From Eledone cirrhosa (Eukaryota): 64,000 nucleotides of DNA. The notes beneath the pieces were generated by a model. The model did no database searches. It was not told the origin of the DNA and worked only from the letters and a program-made list of their open reading frames with translations. This document shows, piece after piece, positions 12,286 through 24,964 of the stretch (position 1 is the stretch's first letter; every line of letters begins with the position of its first letter). Where the stretch lies: the NCBI GenBank assembly GCA_964016885.1, contig OZ024740.1, forward strand, positions 148,614,001-148,678,000. The letters run 5' to 3'. Both the position numbers and the translations under genes were made by a program.

Positions 12286-14861
12286 AGACAGGAAAATTAA
12301 AACAAGTCGGACCACATGAGGAAGAAATTGAGCTTATAATGTTTTTTTGTTTCTTGCATTGTATTCAGTCAAGTATAACGGACAGGTGACAATTACTTGA
12401 AAATAACCATGTTTATGATGGTGCGTATTTCCAAGTTAGCTGTTGTCTCTTTTATGGAGCATAAAAAGATTTACATATGAGCACTCGTTTTCTTCTTTTG
12501 CTGGTTTCTGCCATTCGGCTGTTGCCAATTTAAAAATCTTTGACATTCATTCGTTCTTTTCTCTTTAACTTCTCTCATTTCGGTTCTTTACTTTTGTATT
12601 TCTCTACCATTTTCCCTCACTCGTTTACACTTAATTTCTACTTTACATTTCTTATCCATCATATTGCAAAAGCTAATGCAATATATATATATTTTGTTTC
12701 TGTGTGTCACACAGAAACAAAATGGCGTAGGACAGAACAAAGGAGAGGCACAGAAACAAAGAAAGGAATCCCCAGTCACTGAAGAGGTCACAGAGTGTGT
12801 GACGAAAGAACTATGACAATATATAAACAACTATCTGGTTGTGGAACCAACCAACCAACCAGAAATTTATAAATTTATAAATTTATTATAAATTTATTAT
12901 AATAAATTGAAGTGAAAGCAACTGGTGCGTGTGTTTCTTATTGGCAACATGACCCTCCAAAGTATAACAATATCGGTTTCAACACACGATTTCAGATAAA
13001 GAATCTTGCTAAACAAATTCAGAAACGAAATATATATATATATATATATACATATATATTGCATTTTATACGCACGTACACCCAAACGAATACACACGCA
13101 CACTCACACGCACATACGCACCCTTCCCTATATATATAGATAGATAGATATAAAACATCATTTGTTTAATGCTTGTTGTACTTTAGAAGTTTACTTGCTT
13201 CGTATGCTGATAAACAGTAGGTGTTTAAAGAATTATGGCAAAATATAGGATAACATGTGAAATCATCTGTTAATTCTGTATATATTTATAGCTTAAATGT
13301 CTGACATCATAAACCTATGTCGTTTTAGACACGAGTATCACCCAGATAAAGTATTTATATTTTAACCTCTATAAAAATGTTGGAGTTGGGTTGCTTTTCA
13401 TGCTTTACACACCAAGCTCAAGAGATTTCTCCCAATTCTGTCGTATGTAAGAAGTAATAATCCATCCGGTCTGGTGAACAAATCTCTAATAATTATTAGA
13501 TATACAAGAAATAAAAAATAGCAAATTAATATATAAATTAGCTTTAATACATTTCAACCAAATGTTTTTTTCCCTATGGGATTTTCTGCAGTGCCATATT
13601 GAACACAGTCAGCATGTTTTCTTTTTCATAATGTTTAATATAAAATTAAATTATGTTAAATTATAGGTCAAGAGTTGATTAATAAATCTTTGAAGAATAT
13701 TTTCTAAAATATATTCCACACTGGATTGTCAGATTCGGATAGATATGCCTCTGTGTCATTTCAGTGGAATATTGACGTTGGAAGAGTGTGTGAATTGATC
13801 GATTATGCATTCTATTACCAATTGAAATTATATTACTTATATTAACGAAAGACGAAATTATATTTCTTATATTAACTCTAGTTGATGCATCATATCAGTA
13901 CCTCACAAGTCACTGCTCAAATATTACCGCAAACAACTGTCAGTTTCAATAAGTACCAGTAGAATACAAAAACGAGTGGAATATTTATAAATTATATATG
14001 CCTACGAAGTAAATACTATGGCATTTCAAATATTTAAACAAGAACTGGCCTGTTAAATATCCATGCATTCCTTAATTGAATATTACAATTTCTCTCAGTT
14101 ATTTTTAATTCGATTTATTTTGCAAAATTGAGAGACAGAAGAGATAAAAGTTGTATGAATTCGTCAGATAATTCTCGCGTTCATTTAAGAACACCATGTG
14201 ATCGTTTTCTTTATTGAATTATAATTTACATTTCGCCAATAAAATTAAACTGAAAGATTAATTGTGAATTCTTTATTGACGAAATTACCGAAGGTGAAAA
14301 CCTAACGTGCCTGTGACAATTGTGGAAGAATTTACTGAAATGAACGGGTTTCTCCAAGAGATTCACTAGAAATAACTTGTCATACAAAATCGTAAAGAAA
14401 TCTATTTCCAATAATATCAACACTATATATATCTAAAAACGGAAAATTAAGGGAAGAGCAAGGGCTCTAGGGTCTCAGAAGAATGTGGGGGGGAAAGGGG
14501 GAGGGTGATGGGCTCTATGCCTAGGACGCGGTGGTGATGGGGCTGCGCTCTGCAGCCAAGACCGAAAGTTATAATCAGCTGCAAGTTATATTTGAATTTG
14601 AGACGAATACAATGTTACTGTAGTTTTAGCTCAACTGTGTGTGCCCCATTCCCCCAAAATAAAGTCATTTCATCTTAAATTCTAGTAAGTTGACAAACAT
14701 AGTATTGACATTTTTTGCTCTGACAACACTAAAGAAAATTACTAATCTGAGTTTTCAACTACACAATCCACACTCACTCTCTCCACGGCTTTGTTATCTC
14801 CCAACCAATATTAGGTGGCACACATGTTATGCGATTTATTTACAAAACTGTCCCTTTAAAG

Positions 14862-15155
14862 CAGGGTTTCCCAACCAGGGGTGCTCACACCCTCTGTTGG
14901 TACGAGATAGCATTACAGGGAGTGCGAGATAAGAATGATGAATTCATTCTTTTTTATACAAATTTTAATTTGTTATAATATTTTTTCTTTTCCATATTTC
15001 ATTTTTGTTTACATATTATTAAAAAATTAAATTATATAAATTTGTTCCTCAAATTTAGTATTAATTCGTCTTCTTTATCCTAAAATAAATTATTACTTTT
15101 CAAAGGGGTGCAAGAACATATTAAAAAATGTTTAGGGGTGCAGGCATGAAAAAGC
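14862..15155. mobile_element. Possible hAT/Charlie-type MITE
   Basis: Begins cagggtttcccaaccagggg, with internal ggggtgc subterminal motifs; the right TIR is not clearly intact. Confidence 0.4.
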
Positions 15156-15408
15156 TTTAAAGTATAGTAACGCTCTTCTCTGAAGTCTGACTCCCAGGCA
15201 GTTGCTTAGTTGGGATTAATAGTAGAGCGGGACATATATTGGAAATTATGGGATTTTTCTAAATGTAAAGGTTTCTTAGGAACTTTCAATGTTTATTTTA
15301 AGTATTGCCGCCTGATATTCCTCAGTGAAATATGTATAACGGAGTTTTAATTAAACCTGAACCAACTGAATTTGGCCTCCGATCTTTTATATATATATAT
15401 ATATATAC

Positions 15409-15477
<69 letters not shown>

Positions 15478-15620
15478 ATTCCTTTGAACCTGGATGAATC
15501 CAGTTTGTCTTGTGTTTTTTCTTGCGCTTGAAGAAAGTGTTAGCTATACGAAGACTTAGATCCTGGCACAATTGCAGAAGTAATAAGCTGATTCAAACTC
15601 CAGCAGAGAGCATGAGAGTC

Positions 15621-15661
15621 ACTGTCCTGATGACGGACAGAGCCAGAAATATATTGACAGT
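15621..15661 (+). ncRNA. Minimal type-I hammerhead ribozyme motif
   Basis: actgtc CTGATGA cgg acagag cca GAAA tata TT gacagt: perfect 6-bp stem I, palindromic stem III; lies between (TG)n and (TA)n. Confidence 0.8.
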
Positions 15662-15704
15662 TGTCACCTACTGCTTCTGCTGGAACATTCGATATATATA
15701 AATG

Positions 15705-15764
<60 letters not shown>

Positions 15765-15774
15765 TGTGTGTGCG

Positions 15775-15809
<35 letters not shown>

Positions 15810-15919
15810 GAAATAAAATGAAAACGAAATTTCATTTCTCACTCTTAGTACGGCACTTACTTAAATGTAAGTATGTGTGTATACGTACATACATATATGT
15901 ATACAGACGTACAGTAGCA

Positions 15920-15959
<40 letters not shown>

Positions 15960-16117
15960 TACATACAGGTACACATACATATATGCACGTATCAGTTTAG
16001 CGGACGCTTATTATAACGCCGCTTTGTTCGTTTGTAAACAAACTGAACAGCCTGAATTTTTATGCCGTACGGTGTTAAGGCAACCACGTCACCTTTTTGT
16101 TCAACACTGACACAGGA

Positions 16118-16160
16118 ACGATGTACTAGTTTCAAGCTTGTTAGCTATCATCAGCACCGT
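16118..16160 (-). ncRNA. Minimal type-I hammerhead ribozyme motif
   Basis: - strand: acggtg CTGATGA tagc taacaa gctt GAAA ctag TA catcgt; 6-bp stem I, palindromic ACTAGT, GUA site. Confidence 0.85.
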
Positions 16161-16261
16161 TATATATATATAAATGAGAGGTATAGAGATTGTTATATAT
16201 ATATATATATATATATCAATGATATTAATAAATGGAAACTATATTTATAAAACCATATTTA

Positions 16262-16318
16262 TTCTATTATATATATTTCAAGGGTACCAAAACTTTGGTA
16301 TGCCCTCATCAGATAAAA
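16262..16318 (-). ncRNA. Type-I hammerhead ribozyme motif
   Basis: - strand: ttttat CTGATGA gggcataccaa agtt ttggtaccctt GAAA tatata TA atagaa. Confidence 0.75.
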
Positions 16319-16808
16319 TACAAAATTTGTTTTATAAATAGTGACATACCCAGGAATCAGACCTTAATGGTTCAGGTTCCGTTTGGATAGGATATTTATT
16401 AATATCATTGATATTATACTCCAGAAAACTTGTCGAGTGCTTCGAATCTGTTAGAAATATATTTGTTGAATTGCCAACAAATTAAATATCTCTTTACTTA
16501 TATATATATATATATATATATGGAGAAAGAGAGAGAAATATATGTATATACTTTATATATTTATATATATATATTCGTTATTATGGCTACGTGATGTATT
16601 CTGTTACCCTGGGCTTTCTCAGGGTATTCTCAGAACGATTCAGTGCCCTGTAAATACAGAGTTGATACCTCCAGGATATCAAGACTGATCACTTAGCCAT
16701 AATAGAAATATTTACATTCTACTTCCGTATTGAATACTCATACACATGTCCTTCCATATCAGTCATCCAGCCTGCCCGTCCCTTCAATCTATCTTATTTC
16801 CCATTCTT

Positions 16809-16844
16809 TCTTCTGATGAAGGGCTAGCGTCCGAAACGTTAAGG
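16809..16844 (+). ncRNA. Minimal type-I hammerhead ribozyme motif (same family as 63257-63292)
   Basis: tctt CTGATGA a gggc tagc gtcc GAAA cg TT aagg; the element tail runs into (CA)n at 16929. Confidence 0.8.
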
Positions 16845-16922
16845 CCCTTTTCTTGTTATTTCAAGCATTAACCTAATATATTCCTTCCATATACTGTACC
16901 AATTGTGTTGTTAATCTGTTTA

Positions 16923-17009
<87 letters not shown>

Positions 17010-17285
17010 AGACACACACACACACACACACTCACACACACACATATATATATATGTATATATATATATATAGCCTCCTGCATGTGGGATTGTAGTGACT
17101 AAAAATTGAACGTTCGATATGTAAACATAGAGTTAAATATTATATTATGTAAAACACAAGGCAAACTGGCGTAAACATTCGTAGGTACTCGGGGATTCCC
17201 GATATAACTCTAGCATCAGGAAACTCCGAGTATTTAAATACACAAACACGGAGAAACACATATGTATATATATATATGTCAGTAT

Positions 17286-17322
<37 letters not shown>

Positions 17323-17367
17323 ATGAAAAAGAACAAAGGAACTATTATGACATTATAACAAGTTTAT

Positions 17368-17414
17368 TGCCGACAGCCGTTTCGTCCGACCATATGGTGG
17401 GACTTTTCAAGGCA
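17368..17414 (-). ncRNA. Type-I hammerhead ribozyme motif, U3-A8 core
   Basis: - strand: tgcc TTGAAAA gtcc caccatatggtc ggac GAAA cggctg TC ggca, overlapping AATAAA, then (TA)n. Confidence 0.85.
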
Positions 17415-18311
17415 TATAACAGGTGATTGTAAGTTCATAATTTACATCAACGTTTCACTCAAGATTAGCAGTTTGATATTGTGGTATACATCAACAGCTC
17501 CGCTTGTATATTTGGGGTCTATATTCTAAGGGGGCTCTTTTATATTAGTTGTAGGAGTTGTAAAAGGGATGGGTTATAGGGCGTTAAGAGAATTTGAAAA
17601 GGGCCTAAGAGTTAGGGATTGAAGGTCAAAAATTAGAGAATTTATAAGTTACGCATTAAAAGTAAAAGACTTGGGATCTCGTAGAAGCACCTTAAAAAAA
17701 TCCCTCAATAAGTGCATAAAGCTTATAAGCCCCAATAAACCTAACAAACCAGAAGAGATTAAGAGACTAAAAAAATAAAAAAATTAAAATATAAAGTTTC
17801 CTAAGAAAATATAAAGTTTCCTAAAAAATTCCTTCAAAAGAAAAAAAAAAAGATTTTTTTTCTAAGAGATCTCGTTAAAAAATTTCAGAAAATTTACGAA
17901 GTTTTGATAATCCCTACTAAAGTTCTAAACTCAGAAATTAAAAATTAAAAATTAAAAATTAGGGAAAAGAACTTTCAATAAGATTTAACAGGTTAATAAA
18001 GTTAATGATTTAGGGAGTACATAATATAAATATTAAGATTTAAGTTAGGATTTGAATTTTAAGAGTTCCAAACCCCGAAATTAAAAAATTTAAGGAATTT
18101 AAGATTAAGCAATCTTATATATCCTTGATTAAAAATTAACGATTAAGGGGTTGAACATTAAATTTAATTTTAAAAATTAAGAAATAAATAGTATGAAATT
18201 AAAAATAAAGGCATGATCAAAATAAAATTAAAATGGGGTAAAATAGGTGGTGGAAGGGTGTGGGGCGTGTAGGGGTGATACATACATACATACATACACA
18301 CACTCACACAT

Positions 18312-18342
<31 letters not shown>

Positions 18343-18343
<1 letters not shown>

Positions 18344-19333
18344 CAGCATATATATAAAATTAAGTATGTGTGTGTGTGTGTGTCTGTGTATTACCTATAG
18401 GGGCCTACATCTTACGACCGATTTTCATGAAACTTTACAGGCTCATAGATTAGTTATCGGGGAGTGTTTTCTATATATCAGCATATCGTTTTATTTTTTA
18501 TTCCGGGGTCATTTTACAGATAAAATCGATAAAGGGTCACCTTTTTTTAGGTATCGAAAAATAAGATTTTTGGCTCTAGCTCCCACATTTTGCCACCGAT
18601 TTCGTTCAGATTTTAAGGCAAAATAGAATTTATCATTGCACATCCTGTAATGGCTTTATATTTTGCATCTGTTGTTCAGGAACGGCGTGGCAGCCGCTTA
18701 AATATTCAAAAATACCACTTTTAGACTCAAATTTTACACCACGCTAGATCTGATTATTTCACGTCTTAAAGTGGCTTTAAATTTTGGATTTTTTGTTCAG
18801 GAACGGCGTGACAGCCGCTTAAATATTCGAAAATACCACCTTTTCGCTCAAATTTCAGCCTTTTCAGCTCTAGCTCCCACACTTTTCAACCGATTTCGTT
18901 CAAATTCGAAATTTCGGCTCCACCTCACACATAAATCAATTTATTTGGTTCAACTTTTATACTACGATAGAACCTTTCATTATCGCCCATATTTTTCAAC
19001 CGATTTCGTTCAAATTCGAAACTTCGGCTACACCTCAGACATAAATCAATTTATTTGGTTCAACTTGTATACTACGAGAGAAACTATCATTGAACATCTT
19101 ATAGTAGCTTTACACTTTGCATTTTTTGTTCAGGGATGGCGTGGCAGCCGTTTAACTCTATAAAATACGATTGTTTCCACCTCCCACATATTCCATACGA
19201 TTTCACTCAACATTTCGCCATTTGCTACACCTTACGACCGATTTCAAGAAACTCCCAGTCGCTAAGATCAACACCTTTTCATCAAAGCAGATACTATTTT
19301 ACCTACCCAGGCAACGCCCGCTACTGCTGCTAG
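18343..19333 (+). mobile_element. Non-autonomous Helitron-like element
   Basis: 5' TC...atatataaaat..(GT)n; internal repeats (caaccgatttcgttcaaattcgaaa; ttgttcaggaacggcgtg); 3' cccaggcaacgcccgctactgctgCTAG|t, inserted in (TA)n. Confidence 0.75.
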
Positions 19334-19352
19334 TATATATATATATATATCT

Positions 19353-19643
19353 ATATCCAGGGAGTGTAACGTGAGGTTACTGTAGGTTCACCCAGGTGAG
19401 CAGTCGATGTTTAGGTTCAGACAGAGTGTAATACAATAATACAAGGACGATTTGTTAAGCCGTCATTATGTTTATTGATTGGTGACACGTGTTTCGCTAT
19501 TGACCAGGTTCGATCCGTATCGATCTGGCCCGACTCTGGAATCAGTCGAACCTCTGTTGTAGTAATGACAGAATGCAATCAATAATCAATTAATAAACGT
19601 AATGAAAGCTTAACAAATTGTCCTTATTATATATATATATATT

Positions 19644-19718
<75 letters not shown>

Positions 19719-19990
19719 TAGATAGATAGATAGATATCCAGAGAGTGTAACTTGGAGTTACTGTAGGTTCACCCGGGTGAGCACTCGATGTTTAGGTTCA
19801 CTTCAGTGTCGAGGTGTAGAGCTAGACAGAGTGTATTATAGTGAAATAAGATAACAAGGACGATTGGTTACGCCTTCATTACGTTTATTGGTTGGTGACG
19901 CGCGTTTCGCCACGGATCAGCTCAATGTTCGATCTGTATCGATCTGACCCGACTCTATAATCCGTGGCTCATCAGACCCCTTGTAATGAT
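19353..19990 (-). mobile_element. Two related hammerhead-bearing insertions (19353-19630 truncated with a short inversion; 19735-19990)
   Basis: Shared tatccag.gagtgtaac...gttactgtaggttcaccc.ggtgagca...ggtgac.cg.gtttcgc; each starts at a (TA)n/(GATA)n tract. Confidence 0.7.
19894..19978 (-). ncRNA. Type-I hammerhead ribozyme motif with extended stem II
   Basis: - strand: ggt CTGATGA gccacggat [loop] atccgtggc GAAA cgcgcg TC acc, then AATAAA; 9-bp stem II, GUC site. Confidence 0.85.
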
Positions 19991-20001
19991 AATGGAAAAA
20001 T

Positions 20002-20215
20002 GATCTCTCAATTCAGAGAAGTAGCGGCTCCACCTGGAGTAACTCTCTGATCTCCGTGCTACGCACTCTATAGAGGAACGTTACGCGAAGGACGCTTCGG
20101 AGGAACCCCCTTTCGGCCGCTTGTATTCGCTATCGTTTTCTTTCGGTCATTCCCCAAGATTCCGGACCATAGGTGAGGGTTGGCACGAATACCGAATGTA
20201 AGGGCGCTTAACAAA
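20002..20215 (-). mobile_element. RTE-clade LINE, post-RT fragment
   Basis: Manual translation FVPTLTYGPESWGMTERKR*RIQAAERGFLRSVLRVTFLYRVRSTEIRELLQVEPLLL*IER. Confidence 0.8.
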
Positions 20216-20829
20216 GAGAGGCGTGCATTATATCCGTTACCACATGTAAGTTCTTGAAAATATAGCTTTAATAACCATATGAAATTATTACACCATTCGG
20301 CTACCGCTTTCCCTCCATTGCATACTCCATCAACTGTTTTTACACTTGGTCCTTTATTTCATTATTTTACAAGAACATTTTATATACTATTTTTTTATTT
20401 TGCAAGTGGGATATACAGAAATATTATTTAACATCTGAATAATCTTTTTAGAACTATAAAATTGGTACACACACACACGAGCAAACGCAAACATGTTTAC
20501 ATATGTATCGGTGGGTGTGTCTATGTATGTTAATGTATGTATTACAAATAATAATAATGCTTTCTAACATTGGCACAAGGCCAGCAATTTGTGGAAACGG
20601 GAATGATTATATCGACCTCAATATTGGTCTGGTACATTATATTATCGACAACGGAGCGATGAAAGGGAGAGCTGACCTCGTGGGTATTTGAACAATGAAC
20701 ATGAAGATTTGAAACAAATGTTGCAAAGTAATTTGTCTAACACTCTAATCCACTGATGAAAATGTAATTGGGTGAAGAGTAATGTGTTTGAATACGAATG
20801 CATAATACATACACACGTACATTCATATA

Positions 20830-20915
20830 TATATTTGAGTGGTTCAAAGCGGTAATAGTCAGGTGTAAGATCTGTATTGTATGCAGGGTGTTCCGGCAAC
20901 TCGAAATCCAATTTT
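20830..20915 (-). mobile_element. Mariner transposase fragment
   Basis: FELPEHPAYNTDLTPDYYRFEPLK, resembling HPPYSPDLAPSDYHLF. Confidence 0.7.
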
Positions 20916-20974
20916 TCAATGGTTTCAACGGTGTGGTGGGTCGTGTGTGGACATATATTGCTGTGTAATAATTG

Positions 20975-21158
20975 TTTCTACTTATGGCACAAGGCCAGTA
21001 ATTAATCCGGTGCATTACTGGTACTTTATTTTATCGATACCGTAAGGATGAAAAGTAAAGATAACCACAACGGGATTTGAACTCAGACCGTAAAAGGCCG
21101 TAACTATGCTGGGAAGCATGGCGTCCGACCCTCTATTGATACTGCCAATCCACCACAC
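20975..21158 (-). mobile_element. tRNA-derived SINE family A (other copies near 20560-20700, 23700-23872, 27029-27230, 37215-37380, 45720-45810, 48840-49000, 62810-63020)
   Basis: gtggattggcagtatc head, gagttcaaatccc B box, ctttcatcctt..ggggtcgataaaataaagtaccag central block (Deu/Nin-domain-like), tail ggccttgtgcc..aagtagaaa. Confidence 0.85.
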
Positions 21159-21164
21159 TTGCTT

Positions 21165-21545
21165 TGATGATAGACCTTGGAGTTTGGTGCGAATCAGACA
21201 CGGAGATATCTCGAGTCTACCGAGATGTATTTCTATCACAAAATACTCAGGATCTCGTACGTTGACCATATATATAATGAGCAAGTTTTGAAGAGAGTAT
21301 GGATGCAACGTAAGATACTGCTCACTATTAAAAAGAGACAACTAATGTTCCTAGGACATGTCATCATGAAGACCTTTCTAATCGCGGAAAAATTACTGGG
21401 AAGCGTTCCAGACGTCGTCAAACGAGATCCTTTTTTGACAATTTCAACAGCAATGCCGCAAAAGTATGGAATTTCGACCGAGATCGAACAGCGTGGAACG
21501 TCATGGTTCGTCAAACACTGATACAGTGATGGCACAAGAAGAAGG
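21165..21545 (+). mobile_element. RTE-type LINE 3' fragment
   Basis: RRYLESTEMYFYHKILRISYVDHIYNEQVLKRV...IKKRQLMFLGHVI, ending in an agaagaagg tail. Confidence 0.75.
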
Positions 21546-21699
21546 AGACACCTGCCAAAACAGTTAGTATCACTTTTTCTGCGGATGGTTGAGCCTTGAA
21601 TTTCTTTTTCCCTGACACTCCCAGGTGTTTCCACTTCATACTCCACATTTTGGATTCTGGCTCAAAGCGATAGACTGAAGTCTCATCTCTAGTGAATAT

Positions 21700-22275
21700 T
21701 TTCTCCCAAAAGGCTCCCCCTTATTCGTTGAGTAAGTGTTAGCTGATCTCCACACGATTGCGCTCATGTGCTACAGTAATCACTCTCGGCACCTGTCTCG
21801 CACAGACTTTACGGAAGCGAAGCATGTCGTGGATTATTTCGTATGCAGAACCATGACTAATTTGCAGAGAATATGCTATCTCATCGATGGTCAAACGTTG
21901 GTTCTCCAGAAATTGTTGAATCCTGCTCTCTCTTCGTGTTTCACGCTTTTCCGACCATTTTTAACTTCTCGATCCACTCATGCATACTTTTATATGTGTA
22001 TGAAAGCCTGCAATATATTTCAAGCCCTGTCACCCGTTCAGGCCAGTGAAATCGGATTACTGATTTCTGTTCTTCCTTGGTGCACACTGACAGCGGAACG
22101 GCCATGTTTACTCTGTTACACAAGAAAGAAAAGAGGAAGTCTCAAGTTCGAAGTTCGGTTATGTAACCGCAAGAGTACCACAATATAGCACACGAGCGCT
22201 GAAGGTTTTGCGTCCAGCCTAACGAAAGTTTTGGTGAAAGTGAAGTGCGGATAAAGTTTGACTTCCTCACGTATA
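21700..22275 (-). mobile_element. Mariner 5' end with transposase N-terminal HTH remnant
   Basis: MAVPLSVCTKEEQKSVIRFHWPERVTGLEIYCRL...EWIEK; TIR-like tacgtgaggaagtcaaa next to (TA)n. Confidence 0.7.
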
Positions 22276-22307
22276 TATATAACTAGCAACTACACATCCA
22301 ATCCTAT

Positions 22308-22372
<65 letters not shown>

Positions 22373-22442
22373 TTATCCCGGGTTCAATTGGGGTAAACCA
22401 GAGTAAGTAAGGTACTCAATACAAAGCAGAGTATAAATATTT

Positions 22443-22560
22443 AATATAGAAAAGGCTTCTACAAGATTAGAACTGTTTTATTCGGGAGAAATCATCAGGG
22501 CTTCCTGATAATTTCTCCAGAATAAAACAGTTCTAGTCCTGTAGAAGCCTTTTCTATATT
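22443..22560. repeat. Fold-back hairpin containing a degenerate hammerhead (22499-22549 +)
   Basis: ggcttc CTGATAA tttc tcca gaat AAAA cag ttctagtc ctg TA gaagcc (6-bp stem I); the mirror arm keeps CTGATGA. Confidence 0.75.
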
Positions 22561-22578
22561 ATATATATATATATATAT

Positions 22579-22643
22579 ATTAAAATAACATATTAAAGTT
22601 TAAGCAAAGAATCGTTGCTTAAACTTTAATCTGTTATTTTAAT
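22579..22643. repeat. Small hairpin of the 7614/60652 element tail, centred on hammerhead stem III
   Basis: attaaaataacatattaaagtttaagca aagaatcgt tgcttaaactttaatctgttattttaat. Confidence 0.8.
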
Positions 22644-22732
22644 AAATATTTGCTCTACGGTTCTTATATATTTGATATATATTTATCCTTATCGAGCCCT
22701 CTTTGGATTTTAGTCTTCAAATTTATTATTAT

Positions 22733-22788
<56 letters not shown>

Positions 22789-24789
22789 CGTGGCGTGTTT
22801 CGGTACATCAATACATTTACGCGTATGTTTGTGTACAGATATTTGTACATGGTTGATATATATTTGGAAAGAGCAAAACATAGAGAGCGTACTTGCGTGT
22901 TTTTATTTGTGCGCAATATAGAATAAATGCTTTCATTGTTTGTGCGACTTTTATTCATTTTAATATATATTTCAGTGTAGTATTATTATGTTTTACTCTA
23001 GTTTTCTTTTCTCTCGCCTGTATCAAATAACAACAGGCAGCGTTGTTTTATCAGTAACGTTAGTGACTTGCGAAAATCTAGTCAATCGTCACAAAACATC
23101 GTTTTAATACTGCTTGTCTTCTTATTTGGCTCCAGCTAGCAAATGGTACCTTATAAAGCAAATGATAAGTGGATTTGAAAACGAAGAGCAACAGCGAATG
23201 TTTGTGTATGTGAATGTAATTGTGTGTGCGTGTGTGTTTAACCCCCGCAGATTTTCTGAAATTTACAGGGCGGGGGAAAATAGGTTATTGTGACGTTTGT
23301 CTATCATTTATGTTTATTTGAAACGTAATATTCATGATTCCGTTTCGTAGGCAAAGTCTATAATTCAAGAAATGTTTATAGAGATTGCAAATACATATAA
23401 TGTCTGATTGTTTTAGCTATTATTTAGCTTAAGATCAGCCCCGGTGGAGCAGACCTACAATTAGAGCCATTTCATCTGTAGGCATCACGTCTTGTTTTCA
23501 GCTGTTGTATATTCAGGTGTACATAATGAATGTTTTCTCCGCTTTAATATTGGCATGAATTGAGGAAAATGTAGCTAATATTTCTATTAGGTCGAGTAAA
23601 CACATAAAAAACCTCGTTGGCTTTGTGCAGACGCTGGGAGAATTAAACACAAAGCTTTGCCCCGTATGAAGAGAGAGACACAGAAATTATATACAATAGT
23701 TGTTTCTATTTTTGGCACAAGGAGAAAGTTGACTAAATCGACCCCAGTGCGTTAATTTACTTTATTTTATCGATTTTGTAAGGATGGAAGACAAAGCAAA
23801 CTTCGGTGGGATTTAAACTATATGCCTCAAAGCATATCCGACGCTCTACCGATACTGCCAATCCACCGCCCTAAAATTATGTGCACTAATGTCATAACGT
23901 TTATGCTAAAATCTGACTTTAAACACGGTAATTGGCTTAATCACAATGTTATTAATTAATCAAAGTAAAGGGACAGTGGTCATGACAACATTGTGGTTCT
24001 CTGAATCAGGTGGTAAGGAAGAAAGATGGTATCTACAGTTGATTGTTATATATTTATTCATTTCTAGTGTGGATACAATATGACAGAATAGTTAAGAAGT
24101 TCGCTTCGTAACCATAAGAGTGCCTGCTTCGATCCCAATGTTTGTAATATTGACCAAATTTCATATAGTATCGATTTTGGGTCAACCCAAGCCTTTGAAT
24201 GAAATTGGAAAGACGGAACCTCTTTAAAAGCCCGCCAGATGGATGTACATGTAATTCAATTGACCAGTCTTATATAACTATCACTTTAAATCTCTTTGAG
24301 ATTGTCGTTAAAGTTGCACGTGTCTATGAATTCTTCATCCTCTTGCCCGTTATTTGCAGGATCAGCCTGTTCTATGGACCACGCATCTTCGAAACAATCA
24401 GAGATAAATTTAATGCCATTCCACTCTTTCCTAACGAAGAAGATAAAGAAAAAGCATTTTTGTGGGATAAGTGAAAGTCTGAAATCTCTACCACAAACTA
24501 CATTGTTCTGAATAGCGCAAATCTAAATTGCGTTATATGGTATTCGTACATAATCAAGTCCCTTAAAATTGTATCGAAGAAGAAACAAACTGCTAAGTTC
24601 ATGCGTTTCTTAGAGAAATGTAGAAAAGACAAATCAAAACAAAACAAATAGCAGCAACTAAATGAAATGTATTTTTCTTAATCAAAAAGCCCTTTTTATG
24701 GGAAAATAAATAGACTAAATATATTACTGCGTTCTTTAAGTTATGCTCAATGGATGTTTTATAGGAGATTCATTTAACCACAAACTATG

Positions 24790-24950
24790 GGTTTTTTTAT
24801 GTGAAGACGTAGCGACTGCACCTGGAGCGGCTCCCTGATATCCGGGCTTCCCACCTTATAGAGAAACATTACTCCGGAAACGCCCATTTCAGATGCTTGT
24901 ATTGTTGATCGTATATTTTCGGCCACTACCCAAAATCCATGAGCATAGGT
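24790..24950 (-). mobile_element. RTE-clade fragment (same region as 20002-20215)
   Basis: TYAHGFWVVAENIRSTIQASEMG...VGSPDIREPLQVQSL. Confidence 0.7.
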
Positions 24951-24964
24951 ATCAAATTGAAGAG

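Noticed and set aside
14269-14290. FFIDEI as a possible eh1 motif of Hlx exon 1
   Set aside because: Short frame bounded by stops, with no ATG and no terminal Leu.
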